NCBI RefSeq assembly: GCF_006345805.1
Contig: NC_043008.1
Coordinates: 47,678,001 to 47,742,000 of the forward strand
Origin: Octopus sinensis
Taxonomy: Eukaryota
Direction of reading: 5' to 3'
Length of the DNA stretch: 64,000 bases
Part shown: positions 1 through 12,239 of the stretch, piece by piece
Layout of the letters: each line of letters starts with the position of its first letter
Position numbering within the stretch: position 1 is the first letter of the stretch
Notes under the pieces: model-generated
Told to the model about the DNA's origin: nothing
What the model saw: the letters and a program-made list of their open reading frames with translations, nothing else
The model's database searches: none
Made by a program: the position numbers and the translations under genes

Positions 1-33
<33 letters not shown>
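1..33. repeat. (GT)n microsatellite, truncated by the window edge
   Basis: Pure GT dinucleotide run. Confidence 0.95.
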
Positions 34-37
<4 letters not shown>

Positions 38-170
38 TATGTTTATAGATATATGATGAAATCTCATACCATAGATGACAGGCGAGGGTTCTGCAATTTT
101 TTACCCAACGACCTACTGAACAGATGATCTGTTTAAGGCAAGACTAATACTTCAGATTTCAGATAGCAAA

Positions 171-280
171 ATCTCAGGGTCGACAAAATAAGTACCAGTT
201 GAGCACTGGGGGGTCGACGTTATCGACTCAGCCCCCCTTTTCCATAATTGCTGACTTTGTGCTAAATTTTGAAACGAATA
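171..280 (+). mobile_element. SINE family B, 3' fragment
   Basis: gggtcgacaaaataagtaccagttgagcactgggggg...gtgctaaattttgaaac matches the 3' half of the copies at 3390-3600, 14900-15035 and 30666-30815. Confidence 0.7.
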
Positions 281-570
281 TTTGAGGCAATCTTGTTTGT
301 TTTAAAAGATTCATAACGACGAGTTATTTGCGATAGTCTTTATCTTGGATCGATATATTTTAAGTTCCCCATGTTTGTGTTCGACCCTTTTCTGTCATCA
401 AGCAAACTAGAAGTTTTGATTTACATGTTAACATGTGGAGTTAAAGTCCTTACCACTAAATTTACATATCGATTCTTTCGTTATAAAGCCCATTATTATA
501 GTCTTGAAATAGTTCAGTGCTCCTAATATATATTTACAAAACATAATGGCATTTATTCATCTCAGCTTAC

Positions 571-663
571 CTTTACCATGTGAAATTATCATCTCGCCCC
601 ACGATTTACGGCCAAAGTAATTCCACAAAGTTTTGAAGTGAGTTGATAATGGAGCTGCGGATT
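571..663 (-). CDS. Candidate internal coding exon (93 nt, phase 1-1), product unknown
   Basis: Minus strand: acceptor cctatttccatctag, donor AAG|gtaagc. Only one frame is open: (E)SAAPLSTHFKTLWNYFGRKSWGEMIISHGK. No homology recognised. Confidence 0.35.
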
Positions 664-1313
664 CTAGATGGAAATAGGTGTAAGTGTGCACTGTCTACCC
701 GGGAAATTATAATGGAAATTACAAATTAAGTTATGATTCGGTAACAAATTATGCGCGTGAACTATCGAGTTTTAGGAACAGAATCATGGTAAAAGCTGGC
801 AGGCGAGAACTTCTGAAAGTGTTTCCACATCATATATATCGATGTTATAATTAATTAACTATTCAACCAATTACAACCTATTATAGTTGTTTGTATATAT
901 CAAACTTATGATAAAATTACGCTGTAGACACATTAGCACATTTATACCAAAAGCACAGACATCGACTTTCAGAACTAATGGCCGACACTCTATTATTTCC
1001 GTTCTTTGCTGGTGTTTATTTATGCATTGTTTTAATATAGATCAGAGAGAGAGTTAAAACAGTCTATAAATACACGGCACAAATTACTCCATAATTATGA
1101 TACACTGATGATAATGATGTATATAGCTTATGACAGGGTTGCTATAATAAAATATATTAAGGTAATTTAATTGCGGACCTTTATGTCCAATGGATGCAAC
1201 GTGTGTTTGAAACGAAACCCTATAATTACTGATGTCGGTTTATTCCATCGAACATCTTTGTCATTTGCTAAACAAGTAATTTTCTATTATTATTACTATT
1301 ATTATTATCATTA

Positions 1314-1590
1314 TTAAGATTATATACGACTGAGGTAACTCCTCCAGAAGTTATACACAAATAAAAAAAAATAGAAGAGTTATCTTCACATAATAACTAT
1401 GGCACTCTTTTGTTTTTATTTCTGTATAACTTCTGGATGAGTTACATCAGTCCTATATAATCTTAACAAAAAATTAAGGAGTCTGACATATAAGTTTTGA
1501 ACATGTGGAAGGCACGCTAGATGCCGAAATATCGTTCAACCAATTTCACATGATAACTATGGCACACTTCTATTTTTTATTTCTGTATTA
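1314..1590 (+). mobile_element. Penelope-like terminal-repeat remnant / foldback element
   Basis: About 55-bp inverted arms (1314-1368 vs about 1413-1466), an internal direct repeat cacat(a/g)ataactatggcac..tttttatttctgtat (about 1387 and 1547), a hammerhead-like motif, and (ATT)n on both flanks. Confidence 0.55.
1497..1539 (+). ncRNA. Decayed minimal type I hammerhead ribozyme motif
   Basis: TTGAAC-atgtgga-a-GGC acgctagat GCC-GAAAT-ATC-GTTCAA. Helix I (6 bp), helix II (3 bp) and the GAAAU/AUC palindromic helix III are intact; the CUGANGA box has mutated to AUGUGGA. Confidence 0.5.
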
Positions 1591-1602
1591 TTATTATTAT
1601 TA

Positions 1603-1670
<68 letters not shown>
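1586..1670. repeat. (ATT)n microsatellite
   Basis: Near-pure ATT run. Confidence 0.95.
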
Positions 1671-1675
<5 letters not shown>

Positions 1676-1768
1676 TAGTTTTATTTTTATAGCGTGCTTT
1701 CACTTCACTACCGAGCGCGGCTCTGTGTGCCTTGGGTATGTGCTGTGATTTGTTGTGATACTCTGATG

Positions 1769-1770
<2 letters not shown>
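1671..1770 (-). mobile_element. R4/Dong-like LINE, 3' UTR-only insertion
   Basis: Near-identical to the 3' UTR at about 30166-30272, which is attached to an RLE-type C-terminal ORF. (ATT)n lies on both sides. Confidence 0.75.
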
Positions 1771-1805
<35 letters not shown>

Positions 1806-1806
<1 letters not shown>

Positions 1807-2170
1807 GGAGTGAGAGAGCAGTGCATGTAATCAAAGTGACACTGGGGTAAAATATACAAGGCCTAGCATACCCATCATGACTACCCGTCTGATAAGGTTA
1901 CACTAGGCACATGCATCATAACCATATGTGCGCGAAATGGGTCCTTGAATAAGATTTGTTTAAGGATAATTAACAAAACACCCGTGTTTCCTAAGTTGAA
2001 TTGTCCAAACCCCAAAGAATCCCTCTCAACAGGTGGCTATGATGCTCCCCCACTACTTCTGCTCGTGATCAGAGATGCACATATCGTCAGCCAATAAAGG
2101 ACATGCTGAACGGGTTACGGTGAAACAACTGACAAGCAAATTTGTGGTATTGAGCAGAATATTGGCTGTA
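1806..2170. mobile_element. Interspersed SINE-like repeat (recalled cephalopod-type family)
   Basis: gagagcagtgcatg..atcaaagtgacactggggtaaaatatac...catgactacccgtctgataagg resembles a high-copy octopus repeat from memory. It is single-copy in this window, so not confirmed internally. Confidence 0.4.
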
Positions 2171-2411
2171 AAACACCAATACACTTGTAACCCTCTGATA
2201 CCCTATTCCCTTATACGCTTATCAGCTGCGTATTCTGCTGCACTGCTCTCTACTTTTCGTCCTCTCTTCAATTCAATAACAGCGCATTTATCTAATCCAA
2301 ATGCCATCCGGATATCATATGAGAAAATTTGAACGGCCTGAATAAGGTAATCCAGTTGATCTCTACTTGTTCTCTAAAGTATCACATCGCCCGTAAACAG
2401 CAGTTGGTTAA

Positions 2412-2436
2412 TCATCATCACCATCATCATCATCGT

Positions 2437-2491
<55 letters not shown>

Positions 2492-2518
2492 GTCATCACT
2501 ATCACCATCATCATCATT
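2412..2518. repeat. (CAT)n microsatellite
   Basis: Source of the poly-His and poly-Met pseudo-ORFs. Confidence 0.95.
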
Positions 2519-2520
2519 AT

Positions 2521-2680
2521 GGCGTCGAGCTGAGCGGCATTTCGTTCGTCTTTACGTCCTGAGTTCAAATTCTGCTGATGTTGACTTTGTCGTTCGTTCT
2601 TTCGAGTTCGATGAAATAAATAACAGTCGAGTGCTCTTCCTAGGATCACTGGTTTTGTAACCGCCTTGAAATGCCCCCTT
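2521..2680 (+). mobile_element. SINE family B, degenerate
   Basis: ggcgtcgagctgagcggcatttcg...ctgagttcaaattctgctgatgttgactttg aligns to 3390-3600. Confidence 0.6.
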
Positions 2681-2694
2681 TTTCAATTTCAATA

Positions 2695-3310
2695 AACAAA
2701 CCTTTATATTTTCTGAGCTTGTCAAATTCTTTTACCGTTATATAGTGATTACAAGGAATGCTTATGTCGATCAATAAACAGAAATTATTTTAGTCTCTCG
2801 CATCAATATCCGTTTATTAGGTTTAATGGTTCTGTATATACTGGAAAGTCTCAAAGAATTGTAACACTTTCTCCCTCAGTTACAGCCCCAGGGTGGTGGT
2901 TATATTATTTGTCAATAGTTTTGATTTTGTAATGCCGACATATTTAATTGTACAGAAAATTTACCATGTCTTGAATTATATTGCACCGGTATTAAAACTT
3001 TACATCCAGCGATTAAGTGGTCCATTCTTTCTGTTCCATCATTGCACAATCGGTTCTTTACACCTGATCCAGTTTTCATCGGATTGGTTTGGTAGTTCTG
3101 AGTCAATAAGCTTTGATCTTGATCAGCCAAGATGAAGGCTTCGCTTTCTGCCTTTAGCCCTAGGTTTCGTAGCCACTCATTCAATTTGCTTCTTGACCAC
3201 ATCAGCTTCATTGCTACGGGCCGCATATTGGCCATTCAGCGGTCCCCCCCTCTCAGCTATTAGCCAAGTAGCCATGCGCTTTATTCCTCGCCATTGATGT
3301 TACTTTCTTT
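2695..3310 (-). mobile_element. R4/Dong-clade non-LTR retrotransposon fragment (zinc knuckle plus RLE region), degenerate
   Basis: Translations WLRNLGLKAESEAFILADQDQSLLTQNY...NRLCNDGTERMDHLIAGC..RH, then HHPGAVTEGESVTIL*DFPV and ..FCLLIDISIPCNHYITVKEFDKLRKYK, match the R4 pattern (ETEG..AAQDQ, CRxC..H..C, ILWD, RPDI..ID..P..KE.EK..KY). Confidence 0.8.
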
Positions 3311-3389
3311 GCAACAACAGTTGACACACTCCCTCCAAATTTATAATTATTATTATTAGAAATAACAACAACAATAATAATAATAATAA

Positions 3390-3600
3390 GGCGGTGAGCT
3401 GGCAGAGTCGTTAACACACCGGGTGAGATGTTTACGGATTTTGTCTGTCGCTACGTTTTGAGTTCAAATTCCGCCGAGGTTGACTTTGCCTTTCATCTTT
3501 TTGAGGTCGATTAAATAAGTACCAGTTAAACACTGTTCGATACAATCGACTACTACTTCCCCACCCCAAGTTTCAGGTCTCGTGCCTTTAGTAGAAAGGA
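3390..3600 (+). mobile_element. tRNA-derived SINE family B, near full length
   Basis: ggcggtgagctggcagagtcgttaac head, B-box-like gagttcaaattcc, body gactttgcctttcatc...aagtaccagtt. Many copies in the window. Confidence 0.8.
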
Positions 3601-6342
3601 TTAATATTGTTGTTGTTGTTATTAAAACTTAGCCCGCATTGTTGGCAGGTTCCTATTTGCTTTCCGTTATTGACGATCTCCTTCATGCGTGTTTTGTTGT
3701 TTCCATGGTTATCCTAAATTTTAACTTTATAGTAATATCAAGTAAAATACTAAATAATTCACAAATGAAAGCTGCAGAAATGAAATTAGAAAAACCAGAG
3801 ATGAACTCCAAACCAGACCGGTTTTATGGAGCCACTTGTAAAATTTACAGCGAAGTTCTACTTTTAGCAGTATGCCGCCCCTCGACCCTGCCTGCTCGAC
3901 TCGCTCCACTGTAGTTGTTTATATAGACATTTAGGGATGTCACCTGTTAAGGACTATGACCTTAGAAACAGCGCTGTTATACTCTAAACGTTACTCCATT
4001 GATAATCCATCACTATTCAAGCAGTACTCGATGGGATATGTGACTCACGTAAAATAGGGATAGGTTCACTTAGAACGCTGTTGAAATACGACGAAAATGA
4101 AGTTGTGCTGATACATTTTATTATGCTATCATCTCTTTCGCAGGATTTGCATAAACCAAATGAACCAGCATTTCATATTAATTTACATTTCTATATTTCT
4201 AACTTCATGAACGAAACTTTAGAGAAGATAAGGATTAAAATAGATTTTATCAATCCATTCACTTGAGGTTTGTTTCCTCTTTAATTTATTGCAAAAGCTT
4301 ATCACAACTTCAAAATATTCTATATTCTTTACGGGCTTCCGAAATACACAAGAATAAAATCACGAAGAAATACCTCAATAAATGTATTTTTTGGTTTTGT
4401 TTTGAAGAAATGAGACTTAAACAGACACTTTATTTTGTTTTAAAGAATGAAAAGTGAATGAGAAGCCCGAGTTTTTCCTTTTTGGACGCTCGTTGAAATC
4501 TGTTCTAAAATTTCCTTACTTCTCTGAAAATAATCCCTTTTGTTTTACAATTGTATACGTATCTGTTCAGAATCAATACCCAGACGAGCCGTTTTGTTGT
4601 TTAAACTTATGTCGAACCTCAAGTGGTCACATTGGGGATGTTCTGCAGAATCAATAAAGCCGCCGGGTAGGAATGGTGTCGAGAGAGGTTGTCTGTGTCT
4701 GCTCGCTTCCACAGAAACACCTAAAAGAGCGAAATATGCTACACACTACGAAAGAATAATTACTCGCCAGAGACGGCAGGTAGCACTCTATTCTTCTGCT
4801 CTTCTATATCACTTAAAGAAGGCAATGTCTTTTATTATCATTTCATAACTATTTTTTATTCAAATTTCATGCGTGATTTTGTTATTGAAATTCCGCTGTG
4901 AGTATTGAAACCCAATCCTCTTTCCTTATAGAGTGTTAAAATCTAATGATTTCTGGTGTGAACCTGAGTGAAGCCAGAGATAATGGAAATATGATAGGCT
5001 TCGAATATAATTATATATTATTGAATAGGAATAATTTGATGCCAACGTAGCAGAATAATTCTATTGAATTAGCGAGAGTATCGCAGCAGAACTGGTATCG
5101 AATTAATTGGAAATAGTGAACTTGATGCAAAATCGAACTCTAGAATCTAAAGTTATCCAGAACGAGTGATAAGATTCCTGAAATAAATATCTGGGTGAGA
5201 AGAAGGAAAACGAAAAGGAAGGTAAAGAAAAACAAAAGGAGAAACTCGTTGTGTCTCATTTTCTTCGCATTCCCTTTCTTGAACTAGCACACACGCAACA
5301 ACTCACACGTAATCAGCCTCACACACATGCACACACGTACACATCGCCACACGCGTATACAATCACACACACACAGCTATTCCCAGACTTCTGAACAGAC
5401 AAAGAAAGAAACATGGACGAATGTGTGTAAATTGAACGTAGTTTCATAACAGCTGCGAATATTTTTAGATTATCACTGAACACCTCGCGTAAATCAGATA
5501 ATATATTTCGATTCAGCTGCTTCGTGTCCATCTCACAAACTATACAGGAATATAGAAATCCATTTGTATGTGCATGTGTATGCGTGCTATAATGTTTTAT
5601 GTAATATATTGATATAATTGACCCCAACATCGTATATATAAATAAGTACATAGATAAATTAAGAAATGGAGTTAAACTCAGGTGTTATTCAAATCTTTAT
5701 ACTTCCGACATATATTTCGAAGAAAACATAGATATTATTCCAGGGGGAATAAAATGGGGTAAAACAATGCAATCACCTCATCAAGGAAAAAATGAGAAAT
5801 AAAACACATCAATAAGCCATTTTAATTGAATGTGATTACCGCGTATATGATGAAGGGGAATGCTGGAAAGTTGTTTTTTTTTTAACCGTTAATAGATTTA
5901 AGGTCAAAGAAAATTTAGAGAAAGAGAAGGAGGAGAATGAAAGAAATTAATAGAAAATCAAGAGTGGAGAAATATAGTGCAATAGATGAATGGAAAGAAA
6001 GCTTAAAAGCGTGGAAATAAATATATTTAGTGGAAATGAAAAGTAAGAAGAGAATTCTCCGAGAACAGAATGAGATATTGTTCTTCGTTACAGAGCGGAC
6101 AAAAAGATTTACCTTTATCATATGGAAAGGATATAGATAGAATATTCTATTGCACACCAAAAAGTTTATTATGTTCCTTTAGAGACCAAGTTAATTCCTT
6201 TTTTGTTTGTTCATATACGCGTTTTCATAAATCACAGCTCTTCAGAAAATTCATGTCTTTAAAGACATTTATGAAAACGCGTGGCGGGGAAGAGCTTTCA
6301 AAAAGAGTGAATTCTATGTTGCGATTGATTGTGAATTCGGGT

Positions 6343-6545
6343 TGGAGGTAAATCGATTATGCCAACCTTAGTCTTCAACTGGTACTTAAGTTTTTCACCC
6401 TGAAAGGATGAATGGTGAAGTTGAAGTTGGCGTTTTCTATCATCCCTTTGGTGTCGATAAAGTAAGTACCAGTTGAGCACTAGGGTAGATATAATTCATT
6501 TGCCCCTACCCCACCCCGAACATGCCGGTCTTGTTCAATAATTTG
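6343..6545. mobile_element. Head-to-head pair of SINE B 3' halves (palindromic chimera)
   Basis: Left arm ...caactggtacttaagtttttcaccctgaaaggatga (minus) faces right arm tcatccctttggtgtcgataaagtaagtaccagttgagcactaggg (plus). Confidence 0.55.
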
Positions 6546-6872
6546 AAATTAATGTTAATTTTAAATGAAGTATAGTGTAGTACATAGATAATGACGTGTA
6601 AATTGAAGGAGAGATGCCAGAAACAATTCAACGAAGACGAGGAAACTCAACATAACAACGAAATAATGTTTACAAGAAGAATTGGTAACAGGACTTCTAG
6701 AATTAGGAGAATATAATTCAGGTTTCAATACATAGGTCGAGCGTATACAGATACATCCACACGTGGAAACCTACATGTAAAACCAAAAACATTCACGTAC
6801 GGACGTCTCCAAATATATAAATCTATAGATAGACATCGGCAATCATGTTGATCCGAGTATATGACCCTTACT

Positions 6873-6914
<42 letters not shown>

Positions 6915-6921
6915 CCTCTCC

Positions 6922-6957
<36 letters not shown>

Positions 6958-7295
6958 GTCTTATGATGCTGAGTTACACAATTTGCTACTTTATGGAACA
7001 TGTTACAGCTTTCCCTTCAATCAAAAAAAAGTAAATACATAGCTAGAAAGAGAGAGAGAGAGGGACAGAGACAGAGATAGATGTAGACAGACAGACACAC
7101 AGACATATATAGACATAGAAAGAGAGCGGGAGGAGAGAGTGGGACCGAGATAGAGAGAGAAAGATAGTCTCCTTGAAGGGTTTCGATAAGCACATTTTTC
7201 GCAGAAGCTGCTCTTCTGCACTTCCGAGAAAATAAAATTAAAACCAGAGAAGGAGAGAGCGACAGAAAGAATTGAAACCGTGACTTCAGATTTAC

Positions 7296-7323
7296 CTTTA
7301 TAACCGACCAAAGATCCAAACAT
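7296..7323 (-). CDS. Candidate 28-nt micro-exon (MFGSLVGYK, phase 0-1)
   Basis: Acceptor cttcctttttatag, donor AAG|gtaaat. Phase-compatible with the 571-663 candidate. No homology recognised. Confidence 0.25.
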
Positions 7324-7429
7324 CTATAAAAAGGAAGTATTTACTTTATAGGATTCATAGCGCAGGTGACCGAAAAATAGAGGTAAAATTATTGGAGCCA
7401 CTCACTGAAGTTCTTTACTCTCTGTACAC

Positions 7430-7452
7430 ACATATATATATATATGTATATA

Positions 7453-7499
<47 letters not shown>

Positions 7500-7528
7500 A
7501 TATTATATTATATATATATATATATAAC

Positions 7529-7569
<41 letters not shown>

Positions 7570-7641
7570 CATATATGAACAAACAAAAAAGGAAAAGATG
7601 ACAAAATACATATATATTACTCTCTGTACACACACATATAA

Positions 7642-7700
<59 letters not shown>
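7430..7700. repeat. Interrupted (TA)n microsatellites
   Basis: Two TA tracts, each preceded by tactctctgtacacaca. Confidence 0.9.
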
Positions 7701-7701
<1 letters not shown>

Positions 7702-7731
7702 CATATATTTACGAAAATAAACAAAAGACGA

Positions 7732-7890
7732 AGTCAGGTGGAGTACAAACAAACAAATGTATTAGTATGGCGCTCAGGAATAGAAATAGAACAAGTCTTT
7801 TACGTTTCGAGCCTACGCTCTTCGACAGAAAGATACACAGAAAAGAAACAAGCAGAGAAACAAGGAGAGAAAAAGAATGCGTGCAGGAGC
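7732..7890 (-). mobile_element. Short hammerhead-bearing repeat (Penelope-type terminal-repeat family)
   Basis: Reverse-complement homolog of 45430-45597. Confidence 0.65.
7796..7833 (-). ncRNA. Minimal type I hammerhead-like motif, variant core CUGUCGA
   Basis: Minus strand UCUUU-CUGUCGA-A-GAG cguagg CUC-GAAAC-GUA-AAAGA: 5-bp helix I, 3-bp helix II, palindromic GAAAC/GUA helix III. Confidence 0.6.
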
Positions 7891-8204
7891 TAACGAATCA
7901 ACATATGTATGTAAATATATGAGTGCTGAACATTTGTAATACAAACATATTACTAAAAGTCTGCTATATGCTAAGCAGGCCTCGAGTCTTTGGAGTCTTT
8001 GTTTTTAACGGGCATATTCATATTCCTGTGTCTTTTTTGTATATCCATATGCATGTTCATAAGTGTGTGCATGTGTGTATGTGTGTAAATGTGAGTGTAT
8101 TTGCCTTTCTGTGTTAGAGAAGTCGTATAAGTGAAGCTCTTACGAACAGCAAAAGTTAGCTTTAATTAAAAACAAAGAACATCGACATCGTGTATTCAAT
8201 ATGA

Positions 8205-8402
<198 letters not shown>

Positions 8403-9269
8403 TGAACCTGTATCACATTCACAAAGCTCAGTTACATCTCTTATTGATTTTATAAATACTTATATTCAGCCATGCTTCCATACATGCTGCACACTGGCAT
8501 ATTGCATAAAGACACACAAACGAAGGCATATATGCACAAGTAGGTGTATGTGCGTGTGTGTTTGCATATGTATACAAACACACACGCATACACACCCATA
8601 TAGATAGATATATATAACAGCATGTCTGCTAGTGCGTGTGTATGTGTGTGAAAGAGAGTGAGTACTGATATGTGTTGCGTGTATCTCTTTCAAAGCTTGG
8701 TGCTAGTAACACATACGTCACTGATTCCATAAAACACAACCTACAAAAACTATATTTGTTAAGATTAATTGAAATGAGACAAGATGGCTTGTTGTTGTTG
8801 TTGTTTTTTCGTCTTTTATTTACATTTGATAATGGTGACAGTGAAAAAAATGCAAACAGATATTTTAAATTTACTGTATTGATTAGGAATAAAGTAATTA
8901 CACATATTATTCATTAAAAGACTGATTTTAAATGCACGAAATGTAAAATGCTAGTTTTGTTATTTTTCTGTGTAGCTTGGATTTTCCTTTTTCTATTTTC
9001 GCTCGGTTGATATTTGCTCTTTTTTTTTGCAGAAAAATAACACACTTTGTGGAATTTTCTACGTGTGTGTGAATGAGTGTGCGTGTGCGTGTGTATATTT
9101 ATATACACAGACAGACAGACAGACAGACAGATAGAGAGATACATACATACATACATACATACATACATACATACATACATAGCGAGACAGACAGACAGAT
9201 AGACAGATAGATAGATATGCATGTGTCACTCACACATAATTTACAGTTTATTTATATACATATTTAAAA

Positions 9270-9306
<37 letters not shown>

Positions 9307-11097
9307 CATGCATATATATATGGTTGAGCTGTTGAATCGTAGTCACTCTTAATTTTGACTATTTATTCTTTCATTTATAAATATGTGTGTATACATATAT
9401 ATCTATATATATATATATATAATATATATATATATAAAGAAGAAGAAGAGGAAGGAGGAGGAGAGGGGGTTAGGGAATAGAGATATTTTCTCTTCCCATT
9501 AGTATTTCCCGTTATATAGTCGGTCGGTCGGTGGGTCGGTCGTGTGTATCTGTGACTGTTTGCTATGTATGAGAAGCTTTACTTATGCCTGGTAGTCTCT
9601 TATAGCCTCGCTACACCACTGTTTTTTTTTATTAGTAGTAAATAACCTGACGTTAATTAAATCATGTCCTTATGTACTGAGTATTCGAGATAGAATTAAT
9701 TTCTATTTACATAAGATAATGGAAGGTTCCATTTAGAGAGAAACGGTAAAGACAGTTTTGCTTCTAACGTTTCCTGTTGTTCATTCGAATTTTCGTTTCT
9801 TTTCCTATTCATAAGTTCGAATCATTTGGAATCCATAAACCAGTTTTAATTCCTATTTAAATACTTTCACTTTATCTGGGATTCTTGAAGGGATCTCTCC
9901 ACCATTTTCTATAACAAAACAGAATGGTCTATAATGGTTTAATTGGTCTTGTGTCTGAAAGAGAATTCTGTTTACACTCCGACGTCCCTTTCTTCAAATC
10001 AGAAGTCACATTCCACTTTACCCTTTCATTTCTGTTTACCATTATTTCATGGCACCAACACAGATCTTTCTTCTTGTCCCCACCCCCACTTTTGATTATC
10101 TATTGTTTCTGTCTTTCACAGTAAATTATATTTTGAATACGTATATTTCATTAAATATTACAAGAGGTGACAGCTGGTTATAGTTTCGTTTCTTATTTAT
10201 GGTTCTCACGGCTTCAATATTTGTTGGAAGGATATTAGGATCTTTTATGTTTGGCTTACACTTTTTGAAATTTTCAAATGAAACATTTTCAAAGTTGGTA
10301 TATTGATGTAATTTCTCACGCTGAATCTGATGCTGTTATTCGGTTTCCTACACCGCATTCTGTGCTCGACTCTCTACAGACTTGGGTATATTTACTTATG
10401 CAACTGATGTCCCCTCCATCAGATATTCTTTCATATTATCACTATCTTTTAAATCTATCATTTATAATTTATCATTAATCGCATAACACTAATCATAGAA
10501 GGAGAAGCAGTCATTAAGTAGATCACCGTACAGAAGATGCCTACACCCAACAAATGAAATTCTGTACCCGTCAGCGTAACAAACTCACATTTTCACGACT
10601 GGAAAAATGCAACAATGAGCAGGCAATTGTCTGAGAAGCACGGGGCAATATCTATCTCTCGAGAAATATCAACCTACCAATACATAATTGTGCATAAATC
10701 CCTCATTGCAGTGCAAGGATTAGCCTCTCTCATATCATACAAATCACTAGAGGTCATTCATAACGTTGCTTGACATGGCAGAAATAACAGCTAAGCTTCA
10801 CGCAAATTGTACACAATTGTCTGAAAAAAAACCCGAATATATTGAGCAATGTATTCATAATATGCAAATCCGACGGGATGGCCACAGCTAAAATGAATTT
10901 CAACATGGTTCTGCTAAATAAAACTTTGCCTAGGGCTCAAAAATATTAACAACATTCATACATACGATGATACCACAGAACAATTAACAACATTATTAAT
11001 TATTAAAATGCACTGCGCGACATCATACGATGAAACATCGAAAACATGTTTCATTGAACTCTTCCAGAATTATACACAGCTAATTTTTTATGATACA

Positions 11098-11123
11098 TGT
11101 GTGTGTGTGTGTGTGTGTGTGTG

Positions 11124-11157
<34 letters not shown>

Positions 11158-11183
11158 CGTGTGTGTGTGTGTGTGTGTGTGTG

Positions 11184-11217
<34 letters not shown>

Positions 11218-11232
11218 CGTGTGTGTGTGTGT
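11098..11232. repeat. (GT)n tract punctuated by gagc
   Basis: Four gagc interruptions at roughly 28-33 nt spacing. Confidence 0.9.
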
Positions 11233-11261
11233 GTATGTATGTATATATCTTTTTTTTCTTC

Positions 11262-11605
11262 TACTTGTTTCAGCAATTGGACTGCGGCCATGCTGGGGCA
11301 ACTCCCTGATCCCAGAAATATTCTTTGGTTTAAGCCTGATTCCTATTCGTTTGGATTTTTTTCCAAACACACAAAGTTAGAGGATCATAAACACGCCAAC
11401 ACCGGTTGTCAAGCGGTGATAAGAGACAAACACATACACATACAGACATACATACATACATACATACATACATACATACAGACAGACATACATACATACA
11501 TACATACATATATGCATACACTCGCCCAAGGTGTCACGCACTGTGGGACTGAACTCAAAAACATGATTGGAAAACAAGCTTCATACCTCACAACAACACC
11601 TGCAT
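11262..11605 (-). mobile_element. tRNA-derived SINE family A, degenerate
   Basis: actgcggccatgctgggg...acaccggttgtcaagcggtg...cccaaggtgtcacgcactgtgggactgaactc is the reverse complement of the 41657-42068 family, including the internal simple repeat. Confidence 0.7.
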
Positions 11606-11750
11606 ATGTGTGTGCGTGTGCGTGCATATTCATATATACAGATAGAAAGAAAGATATATAAACAGAAAAATAGATATATATACATCTCTAAGTAAACGTG
11701 TGTGTTTGTGTATATTTGTATATGGGTACATGGGTTTACACATATATACA

Positions 11751-11794
<44 letters not shown>

Positions 11795-11840
11795 AATATA
11801 CACACATATGTGTATGTATATATATATATATGTATATATG

Positions 11841-11871
<31 letters not shown>

Positions 11872-11957
11872 GTGTATATATGTATATATATATATATATA
11901 CATATATACATATATATATACATACATACTACATATATATATATACATACTACATAC

Positions 11958-11991
<34 letters not shown>

Positions 11992-12117
11992 GTATTAAGG
12001 TTTGTTTTTATATTGTTACAATAAAAAGCAATTACATTATATTATATATATTACTCTACACGTTTGTAGTGTACAAATTTATTATTTTTAAAGCAAGAAT
12101 ATTATACATGCATATGG

Positions 12118-12239
<122 letters not shown>

